From positions 794-64,793 of the forward strand of contig JBARMS010000161.1 in the NCBI GenBank assembly GCA_049802575.1: DNA of 64,000 nt, given 5' to 3'. The notes beneath the pieces are model-generated. The model did not search any database and was not told the origin of the DNA. It saw only the letters and a program-made list of their open reading frames with translations. A program made the translations under genes and the position numbers. This document shows, piece after piece, positions 26,459 to 33,758 of this stretch (position 1 is its first letter; each line of letters opens with the position of its first letter). The DNA comes from Acidobacteriaceae bacterium (lineage in GTDB: Bacteria; Acidobacteriota; Terriglobia; Terriglobales; Acidobacteriaceae).

Positions 26459-28132
26459 TCAGTGGGCCGGACCGGATCGGAGGGGGATGCGCTCATTGGG
26501 CGCAAGGTGAAACTGAATCTCCGCCCCTGAAGCAGAACGGATCTTCACCGGAGCCGCGTTTTCCGCGATGCCCACCGCCTCGCGCAACTCGCCGGTGCGG
26601 GTTGTGGTCACGCGAATCACACCGCTCACGGTCGCGATGCGCTGGCCGCTGAGCCAAAGCTCAGCATCCTGCACGCCATAACGCAGCTCCGCGGCCGCAG
26701 CCGGAATCTTGGCCGCGAATGTTGCCCGCCCCTTCGCCGGCGGCCGCACGTTCCACTCCAGCAGATCGTGCTGCTCGCGCACGCCGGAGAGTCGCCACAG
26801 AAAGTCGAAAAACACGAGCGCCGCGGGCGAATATCCACCGGCATCCTCGGTGAAGACGCCGCTCAGCGGATCCATCTGCTGGCGAAAGGCCCCCGCCTGC
26901 CGAATCGCGTCCATCCAGCGCTGCATCAGGTGCGCCAGCTCGGCGGGTTTTCCGTAATGCTCCATCCATCGCGGAGCACGGAGCGCGGTGAGAGCCTGGG
27001 CCGCGCCGCCCCAGGAATTTCGGGGAATCGGCCGCACGAACTGCGGGTCGTCCAGCGCCACCGAGGGAAACGGCCAGGGCGCCCAGAAAACTTTCGGGTT
27101 GTGGACTTGCCGCTGCCACGCCTTCGCAAACAGCGCCGCATCCGGAACATGCTCGCCGAGGACGCGCAGCGTGGCTGCGCTGCGCACCGCGACCCTGCGG
27201 TCCTCCGCATCGAGATCGCAGAAGCCGCCATCGTGCTCCGAGTACAGGCGGGCGACGATCAACTGCCGGATCGCCGCAGCATCCTGCGCCCATCGGTCGG
27301 CGTCGCTTGTCTTGCCCAGCGCATGCGCCATCGCGGCCAGCCCCACGCGGCCGCCGTAGACGGTTGCCGACAGATCGGGACAGAGCCGCGGCAATCCCGG
27401 CCCATCGGGACAGTGGCGCGCATCCCCGTCAGGACAGGAATTGGGCTCGTCGGCCCAGCGCGGGCTGTTGTCCATCCCGGTATCCCAGGTACAAAAGCCC
27501 TCGCAGAGACCGGTGCCGCGCGTGTTGCGAGAGCGCCGCAGCCACGCATCCCAGCGGCTGCCCGCCGCGTAGGCCTTCTCCAGCAGCTCGCTGTCGCCGG
27601 TCCGCTGCGCCAGCTCCAACGCCGTCGCGGCTATGGGTACGACCATCTGAATCTGGCCCCAGCCAGCGCCGCCGCTTGCCCTCTGCCCCGCCGGGCGCGT
27701 CTTCACCGCGTACGGAAGCTGGCCATCCGGCTTTTGCAGCGCGAAGAAGATGAGGTGGTTGTTGCGGGCGACCGCGCGGGCCGCCTGGGTGCCCAACTCG
27801 CCGTAAACCAGACCCTCCTGCGGACCGCATTCCTGCCAAATTCCCGGATACGCGGCGCCCTCGACCAGCACGGGCCCAGGAAAATCAGCCGTTTGCAGGA
27901 TATTGCCGTTGAGGATCGCCAGCGCCGCGTCGTAGATGCCCATCAGGCCCGCATCATCGGTCCTGAAGGACCGGGCAGCGTCGGCGAAGGCGTCCTTTGC
28001 GTCTCCCTGCCGGGTCCCGGTTCCCGCGGATGCGCGCGCGGCAAGCCCGGCAGTCGAGCCGCCGGCCCGGGAACCAGCGGCTGCCCAACCCGAGGCAAGG
28101 GCTCCGAGCGCCACAAATTGCCTCCGGTTCAT
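26459..28132 (-). CDS. Tat-exported six-hairpin (alpha/alpha)6 glycoside hydrolase-like protein (GH63/GDE_C/trehalase-type motif)
   Basis: Twin-arginine leader MNRRQFVALGALASGWAAA (ATG 28132). WDTGMDNSPRW motif resembles the acidic-residue motif of GH63/GH37/GDE-type enzymes. The family call is tentative. Confidence 0.6.
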   Translation of the reverse strand: MNRRQFVALGALASGWAAAGSRAGGSTAGLAARASAGTGTRQGDAKDAFADAARSFRTDDAGLMGIYDAALAILNGNILQTADFPGPVLVEGAAYPGIWQECGPQEGLVYGELGTQAARAVARNNHLIFFALQKPDGQLPYAVKTRPAGQRASGGAGWGQIQMVVPIAATALELAQRTGDSELLEKAYAAGSRWDAWLRRSRNTRGTGLCEGFCTWDTGMDNSPRWADEPNSCPDGDARHCPDGPGLPRLCPDLSATVYGGRVGLAAMAHALGKTSDADRWAQDAAAIRQLIVARLYSEHDGGFCDLDAEDRRVAVRSAATLRVLGEHVPDAALFAKAWQRQVHNPKVFWAPWPFPSVALDDPQFVRPIPRNSWGGAAQALTALRAPRWMEHYGKPAELAHLMQRWMDAIRQAGAFRQQMDPLSGVFTEDAGGYSPAALVFFDFLWRLSGVREQHDLLEWNVRPPAKGRATFAAKIPAAAAELRYGVQDAELWLSGQRIATVSGVIRVTTTRTGELREAVGIAENAAPVKIRSASGAEIQFHLAPNERIPLRSGPAH

Positions 28133-28338
28133 CCGTTTTCCTGTCTCCGCGCGGGATAGCAAGATACAGAGACGGAACTGGTGCGGAGTTTTTCTCGAAA
28201 AAGCGAAAAAACATCCTTTGCGTGACCCGGCCCGGTCCCTCGGGAAGTGCCCGCTCACTTCGCAGGTTCTGCGCCGTCTACCCCCGGTTACGGTAATCTT
28301 CTTTTGACGGCGTGCGCAGCAGTGGCTGTGCCCAACGT

Positions 28339-29532
28339 ATGCACAGTGCCCTTTTCGACATTGGTCTGTTCGGCCTCATTACCTCGACCGGCTCCGCGCT
28401 GCTGGCCCTGGTGGGTCTTGTGCGCTTCCTGCGCCTGCGGGAAGCCCGGCCTTCGAGCGGGTTTTCGCCCCCGGTCAGCCTGCTGAAACCCCTCTACGGC
28501 GAGGAGCCGGGACTCGAGGAGCATCTCGAAACCTTCTTCCGGCAGGATTACCCGGCATTTGAAATCCTCTTCTGCGCCCGTTGTCCCAATGACCCGGCCC
28601 TGGCCAGCGCTCGCCGCATCTCCGCCCGTTATCCGCACATTCCCACGCGGTTCTTTTCCACCGGGGACGATACCTGGATCAACGCCAAGGTTTCCTCGCT
28701 CGAACTGATGGCGGAGGCCGCGCAGCACGATATTTTCATCATCAGCGACAGCGACGTCCGCGTAGCGCCGAACTACATCCGCGAGGTGGTCGCCCCGTTT
28801 GCCTCGGAGAAGGTCGGCGCCGTCACCTGCCTCTACCGGGGCGCAGCCGACCGCAGCCTGTGGTCGAAGCTCGAAGCTGCCGGCATGTCGGTGGAGATGA
28901 CCGCCGGAGTCCTGACGGCGAGCCTGCTGGAAGGCATGAAGTTCGCACTCGGCCCCACCATGGCTGTGCGCCGGCTCGCCATCCAGCGCATGGGCGGATT
29001 CCAGGTCCTTGGCCCCTATTGCTCCGACGACTTTCTGCTCGGGTCCAGGGTCGCCTCGCAGGGCGCCACCGTGGTGCTCTCGCACCATGTGATCGACCAC
29101 ATCGTGCTCAACCTCGACCTGGCCGCCTCGCTCCAGCACCAGACGCGCTGGATGCGTTCCACGCGCTTTTCGCGTCCCCTCGGCCACCTCGGTATGGCTC
29201 TCACGTTCAGCGTGCCGTGGGGAATTCTCGCCTGCTGGGCTGCCTGGTCGCTGGGCCGTCCGGGCTTCGGAGCCGCCCTGCTCGCCTATTCCATTTTGCA
29301 GCGGATGATTCTCGCTGCCTTCACGGCTTCGTTCGCCGTGCACGAACGCCATCTGTTGCGCAGCGTAGCCCTGTATCCGCTGCGCGACCTGCTCGGCTTC
29401 TTCTGCTGGGTGGCCAGCTACGCCGGCAGCACGATTGTCTGGCGCGGGCACCGCTACCGGCTTACCCGCGGAGGGCTGATGCATCCCCTGCACGCGGAAC
29501 CCGCGCACGCCGAATCCCCTCTTCCTACCTGA
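28339..29532 (+). CDS. GT2-family glycosyltransferase, GT21/ceramide-glucosyltransferase- or HpnI-like
   Basis: N-terminal TM, VSLLKPLYGEEP, SDSDV (DxD-like) and QHQTRWMRS (Q-x-x-RW) motifs, and C-terminal TM segments. ATG at 28339. Confidence 0.75.
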   Translation: MHSALFDIGLFGLITSTGSALLALVGLVRFLRLREARPSSGFSPPVSLLKPLYGEEPGLEEHLETFFRQDYPAFEILFCARCPNDPALASARRISARYPHIPTRFFSTGDDTWINAKVSSLELMAEAAQHDIFIISDSDVRVAPNYIREVVAPFASEKVGAVTCLYRGAADRSLWSKLEAAGMSVEMTAGVLTASLLEGMKFALGPTMAVRRLAIQRMGGFQVLGPYCSDDFLLGSRVASQGATVVLSHHVIDHIVLNLDLAASLQHQTRWMRSTRFSRPLGHLGMALTFSVPWGILACWAAWSLGRPGFGAALLAYSILQRMILAAFTASFAVHERHLLRSVALYPLRDLLGFFCWVASYAGSTIVWRGHRYRLTRGGLMHPLHAEPAHAESPLPT

Positions 29533-29660
29533 GCAAGGCCCTGGCCTGATCGCCAGGCGGACTGCTTGTCGCGTCTCGGCGCGCCAAAATTTCCTCCAGC
29601 GGCTGCCCCGATACATCGGATTCGGCCTTTTTCCCGTCTATCTCCCGTGCTGCTCCAGTG

Positions 29661-29688
29661 CTCTATACCCTAATCCCTATACCCTGTG
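29661..29688 (+). repeat. Tandem heptamers CTCTATA CCCTAAT CCCTATA CCCTGTG, ending 8 nt before the TTG start at 29697
   Basis: Read directly from sequence. There is no purine-rich SD between the tract and the start codon. Confidence 0.7.
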
Positions 29689-29696
29689 TCTAGGTC

Positions 29697-31265
29697 TTGA
29701 AAACTGCCCTCATCATTGGAGCCGGGCCTGCCGGGCTCACCGCCGCGCTGGAACTGCTGCGCCGCACCGACGTGCGCCCCGTCGTGCTCGAAGCCACGGA
29801 ACGCATCGGCGGCATCTCCTGCACCATCCGCCACAACGGCAACCGGATGGACATTGGCGGGCACCGCTTCTTCTCCAAGTCGGACCGCGTGATGGACTGG
29901 TGGACCGAGCTGATGCCTATTGCGGCGACGGAAAACGGCTCCGGGCTGCACGCGATCCATTACCAGAGCAAAGAGCGCCTGGTCGCTGCGGGCGCCGAGG
30001 CCGCGCCGGCCGACGCCGAGCTGGTGATGCTGGTGCGCCCGCGCAAGAGCCGCATTTACTTTCTGCGCAGCTTCTTCGATTACCCGCTCGCGCTGAACGG
30101 CCAGACCATCCGCCAGCTCGGGCTCGTGCGCATGACCAGAATCGGCATGGGTTATTTGCGCGCGAAGCTGTTTCCGCGCCGAGACGAGAAGACCCTCGAA
30201 GATTTCCTCATCAATCGCTTCGGCACCGAGCTCTACCTCACGTTTTTCAAGTCCTACACGGAGAAAGTCTGGGGCGTACCCTGCGATCAAATCAGCGCCG
30301 AATGGGGCGCGCAGCGCATCAAGGGACTGTCGCTGCGCACCGCCATCGCTCACTTTCTGAAAAAGACGTTCTCGCGCCGGAAGTCCTCAGGCATCGCGCA
30401 AAAGGGCACAGAAACCTCGCTCATCGAGCGCTTCCTTTATCCCAAATATGGTCCGGGGCAGCTGTGGGAACATGTTGCCGATCTGGTGCGGGAAAAGGGC
30501 GGCGAAGTGCGCCTCGGCTGGCGTGTGCACTGCCTCCACGTTGAAGGCGATCGCGTCGTCTCGGTCCACGCAACCGACCCCTACGGGGCTTCGCACACCT
30601 TTCCGGCGGACTACGTTTTCTCCACGATGCCGGTCCGCGAACTGATTCACGCGCTCGACATCGAAGTTCCAGCGGACATTCGCGCCATCGCCGACGGCCT
30701 CGTGTATCGCGACTTCATCACCGTCGGCCTGCTTGTGGACCGCCTCGCCGTCACCGAACCGGACGGCTCGCCGCTCAAAGACACCTGGATTTATATTCAG
30801 GAGCCCGATGTGCAGGTGGGGCGGCTGCAGATCTTCAACAACTGGAGCCCGTTCATGGTGGCCGACCCGACGAAGGTGTGGATCGGCCTCGAATACTTCT
30901 GCTACGACACGGACGATCTCTGGAAAATGTCTGACGCCGACATGGCCCGCTTCGCCATCGCCGAAATCGAGAAGATCGGCATCCTGCGCGCCACTGACGT
31001 GCGCGATACGCACGTGGTTCGCGTTCCCAAAACCTACCCCGCCTACTTCGGCACCTACGACCGCTTCGACGAGATCGTAAGCTACATGGACCAGTTCCAG
31101 AACCTGTTTCTCGTCGGCCGCAACGGCATGCACAAGTACAACAATCAGGACCACTCCATGCTGACCGCGATGACCGCGGTCGATCAGATCGCGGCGGGCA
31201 AGATCGACAAGTCGGCGCTGTGGCAAATCAACACTGAGCAGGAATATCACGAGGAGAAGAAGTGA
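29697..31265 (+). CDS. NAD(P)/FAD-dependent oxidoreductase (amine-oxidase/UDP-galactopyranose-mutase-like fold)
   Basis: The dinucleotide-binding motif IIGAGPAGL comes immediately after the TTG start at 29697, followed by LEATERIGG. 522 aa. Confidence 0.75.
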   Translation: MKTALIIGAGPAGLTAALELLRRTDVRPVVLEATERIGGISCTIRHNGNRMDIGGHRFFSKSDRVMDWWTELMPIAATENGSGLHAIHYQSKERLVAAGAEAAPADAELVMLVRPRKSRIYFLRSFFDYPLALNGQTIRQLGLVRMTRIGMGYLRAKLFPRRDEKTLEDFLINRFGTELYLTFFKSYTEKVWGVPCDQISAEWGAQRIKGLSLRTAIAHFLKKTFSRRKSSGIAQKGTETSLIERFLYPKYGPGQLWEHVADLVREKGGEVRLGWRVHCLHVEGDRVVSVHATDPYGASHTFPADYVFSTMPVRELIHALDIEVPADIRAIADGLVYRDFITVGLLVDRLAVTEPDGSPLKDTWIYIQEPDVQVGRLQIFNNWSPFMVADPTKVWIGLEYFCYDTDDLWKMSDADMARFAIAEIEKIGILRATDVRDTHVVRVPKTYPAYFGTYDRFDEIVSYMDQFQNLFLVGRNGMHKYNNQDHSMLTAMTAVDQIAAGKIDKSALWQINTEQEYHEEKK

Positions 31266-31295
31266 TGCTGCCCACCGCGCCCCTGAGCGGTCCGT

Positions 31296-31580
31296 TCACT
31301 CCCACACCTGCGTATGCCGCCGCTGCCACCAGCACGGAGCCGCGCCGCCATGCGGGAACAGCGCCTTCGCACAGGGCACCTGCGCGGTGCCGAGGAAGTC
31401 GTACTCCTGCTTGTTTCCCTTGAGCGCCGTTGACAGGTACTGTTCCACCTGCACGGTGTCGTAGCCTCCGCCGCGCGCCGCGCGCACCGCGAAGATACCC
31501 CAGTCGGCCAGGTAAAGCACGATCGCGGCGATCATCGCCGCCAGCGCCACGCGGCCCAGCAATGTCAGCAGTCTTTTCAT
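31296..31580 (-). CDS. Small membrane-anchored hypothetical protein (94 aa)
   Basis: ATG at 31580 (MKRLLTLLGRVALAAMIAAIVLYL), one N-terminal TM and two Cys in the C-terminal part. The ORF track start at 31628 is further upstream. Confidence 0.55.
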   Translation of the reverse strand: MKRLLTLLGRVALAAMIAAIVLYLADWGIFAVRAARGGGYDTVQVEQYLSTALKGNKQEYDFLGTAQVPCAKALFPHGGAAPCWWQRRHTQVWE

Positions 31581-31613
31581 CTCGATGAAACAGCGTACGC
31601 CTGTCGCGGTTTT

Positions 31614-31648
31614 TGCTATACCCTGCACCCTGTCCCCTATACCCTACT
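31614..31648 (+). repeat. Tandem heptamers TGCTATA CCCTGCA CCCTGTC CCCTATA CCCTACT, ending 4 nt before the ATG at 31653
   Basis: Read directly from sequence. It fills about half of the 72-nt divergent intergenic region, and there is no SD. Confidence 0.7.
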
Positions 31649-31652
31649 TGCT

Positions 31653-32822
31653 ATGGATCTCTCAGCGATTCAATCCGCGCTGCGTGAGGCCGGGGTTGAA
31701 GCCTGGCTCTTTTATGACCACCACCACCGCGACCCGCTGGCCGCCGCCATTCTCGGCCTGCCGGATCACGGACTGGTTTCTCGCCGCTGGTATTACGTGA
31801 TTCCCGCGGAAGGCGAACCGCGCAGGCTGGTCCATCGCATCGAGTCCGGCAAGCTCGATTCCCTGCCCGGCTCCAAAGGCGCCTACTCGTCATGGCAGGA
31901 ACTGCACCGCGCGCTCGATGCCATGCTCGCGCCCTGGACGCGCATCGCCATGCAATACTCGCCCAACAACGACATCATGTACGTCTCGATGGTCGACGCC
32001 GGCACGGTCGAGTTCCTCCGCTCCCTCGGCAAGCAGATTGTCAGTTCCGCGGATCTCGTCAGCCGTTTCCAGGCAGTGCTGACCGAGGAGCAGATTGCCA
32101 GCCACTATGCGGCGCAATCGGCGCTGGACGACATCGTCATCGAGGGCTTTCAGCTCATCGGCAGCCGCGCCCGCTCAGAATCGCCGGCGACGGAATACGA
32201 AATGATGGTGTGGTTCCAGGAGGCGATGCGCCGCCAGGGCCTGACGACCGATCATGGGCCAAACGTTTCGGTCAACGAGAACAGCTCCGATTCGCACTAC
32301 GAGCCGACTGCCGAAGCCAGCCGGCCCATCCGCTCCGGCGACTTTCTGCTGCTCGACATATGGGCGCGGAAGGATCAGCCCAGTTCGGTCTGGTACGACA
32401 TCACGTGGACCGGGGTGGTCAATCGCGAACCCACCGATGAGGAACGCACCATCTTCGCCATTGTCCGCGATGCGCGCGACGCGGCCATCAGCGCCGTCCG
32501 CACGGCTTTTGAGAGCCGCATGCCGATTGCCGGCTACCAGGCTGACGACGCGGCCCGTGAAGTGATCCGCAACGCCGGCTACGGGCAGTACTTCACCCAC
32601 CGCACCGGCCACAACATCGGCGCGGAACTCCACGGCAGCGGCGCGCACCTCGACAATCTGGAGACGCACGATGAGCGGCGCATCCTGCCCTTTACCTGCT
32701 TCTCAGTCGAGCCCGGAATCTACCGGCCGAAATTCGGCGTACGCAGCGAAGTGAACATGATGACAGCGGCTGATTATGCCAAAGTCACCGGGCCCATGCA
32801 GCAGGAGTTGGTGAGAATTTAG
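31653..32822 (+). CDS. M24-family metallopeptidase (Xaa-Pro aminopeptidase/creatinase-like)
   Basis: M24 metal-ligand blocks DIWARK, HRTGHNIG, FSVEPGIY and SEVNMM. Confidence 0.85.
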   Translation: MDLSAIQSALREAGVEAWLFYDHHHRDPLAAAILGLPDHGLVSRRWYYVIPAEGEPRRLVHRIESGKLDSLPGSKGAYSSWQELHRALDAMLAPWTRIAMQYSPNNDIMYVSMVDAGTVEFLRSLGKQIVSSADLVSRFQAVLTEEQIASHYAAQSALDDIVIEGFQLIGSRARSESPATEYEMMVWFQEAMRRQGLTTDHGPNVSVNENSSDSHYEPTAEASRPIRSGDFLLLDIWARKDQPSSVWYDITWTGVVNREPTDEERTIFAIVRDARDAAISAVRTAFESRMPIAGYQADDAAREVIRNAGYGQYFTHRTGHNIGAELHGSGAHLDNLETHDERRILPFTCFSVEPGIYRPKFGVRSEVNMMTAADYAKVTGPMQQELVRI

Positions 32823-32914
32823 GGTGTGGAGTGTGGGGTGTGGATGTAGAGGCCAGGGCCTCTGCAAGCGGGGTCGCTACACCCTACCCGCCACAAGCTA
32901 CACGCTACAAGCTA
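32823..32914. repeat. Inverted pair of heptamer arrays, (RGTGTGG)x3 and (CTACAMG)x5, flanking a small GAGGCC/GGCCTC hairpin between convergent genes
   Basis: Left arm GGTGTGG AGTGTGG GGTGTGG at 32823-32843. Right arm CTACACC CTACCCG CCACAAG CTACACG CTACAAG at 32877-32911. Confidence 0.6.
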
Positions 32915-33091
32915 TTTCCTGACAAAGTACATCAGCCAGCTGGCCGCGATCACCGAAACCACGAACAGCACCCAGCAATAGGCCCCATAGCGGACCATGG
33001 CTTTGGGCGTGGACCGCTGCGTGACGCCGAACACTACGGACGCGAAGGTGGCGAACAGCAGCACCGATGTGAAATGGGAGGGAGTCAGCAC
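32912..33091 (-). CDS. Unlisted small two-TM membrane protein (59 aa), translationally adjacent to upstream gene
   Basis: It is not in the ORF track, whose shortest entries are 60 aa. GTG at 33091 immediately follows the TAG (33092-33094) of the upstream gene. My translation is MLTPSHFTSVLLFATFASVVFGVTQRSTPKAMVRYGAYCWVLFVVSVIAASWLMYFVRK. Codon third positions are strongly G/C-biased. Confidence 0.5.
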   Translation of the reverse strand: MLTPSHFTSVLLFATFASVVFGVTQRSTPKAMVRYGAYCWVLFVVSVIAASWLMYFVRK

Positions 33092-33496
33092 CTAGACCTT
33101 CCTCCCGATCCGCAGATTGTGGGCGTCGACGGCGGCGATAAAGTTCAGCAGCCCGGCCACCACCACAAACTTGGTTCCGTAGTCGGCGGTCACCAGCTGC
33201 ACCGTGGACGCGCCCAGGCTGAAGACCCGCGCGATGAAATACAGGATGCCCGCGCCCACATCCCCGCAAAAGCCCAGCATTTCGAGCGGGTCGCCCGTGT
33301 TTGGCACGTAGACCTGGCCCTGCATCGCCAGGCCGAGGGCGAACATCATCGTGATCGAGACAAACAGCAGGAGGGCGCGCACCCAGTGGCGGGTGAGCAA
33401 ATGGCCCGCACCGGGAACCAGCCAGCCCAGCAGCAACGCCGAATAAGCAAAACCCTGCGTCTGCGGTTGCGCGGGCGCTTGCGCTCGTGAAGCCAT
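33092..33496 (-). CDS. Polytopic membrane protein of unknown function (134 aa)
   Basis: ATG at 33496 (MASRAQAPAQPQ...), followed by 3-4 hydrophobic segments (LLLGWLVPGAGHLL, ALLLFVSITMMFALGLA, VVVAGLLNFIAAV). Confidence 0.65.
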   Translation of the reverse strand: MASRAQAPAQPQTQGFAYSALLLGWLVPGAGHLLTRHWVRALLLFVSITMMFALGLAMQGQVYVPNTGDPLEMLGFCGDVGAGILYFIARVFSLGASTVQLVTADYGTKFVVVAGLLNFIAAVDAHNLRIGRKV

Positions 33497-33644
33497 CCTT
33501 CTCAATATACAGGGGGACCCGCCCGCCGGGCGGACTTGCCGTCCAGGCAGTGAGCCTTCGGCGTTTCTGCCCGGAGATGGTGGCGCCCAGGGATGCCACG
33601 ACCGCTCTGTCAACCTCGCGAAGCGGGCTGCTCTCCGCAGGACC

Positions 33645-33660
33645 TGTGAGATTTGTCACA
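33645..33660. promoter_or_regulatory. Perfect CRP-type palindrome TGTGA-N6-TCACA in the divergent intergenic region upstream of ccmF
   Basis: The sequence TGTGAGATTTGTCACA at 33645-33660 was read directly. Its end lies 99 nt upstream of the ccmF ATG (33759) and its start about 150 nt from the divergent gene start (33496). Confidence 0.5.
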
Positions 33661-33758
33661 GCCGCAGCCCCGCTCCGGACGCGAAGATCATCTTGTCTTC
33701 GTTGCCGCACCGCGTCCCCGGCTGGTGAGAAAGTGCGACAATCAGAAGGAATATCCGT

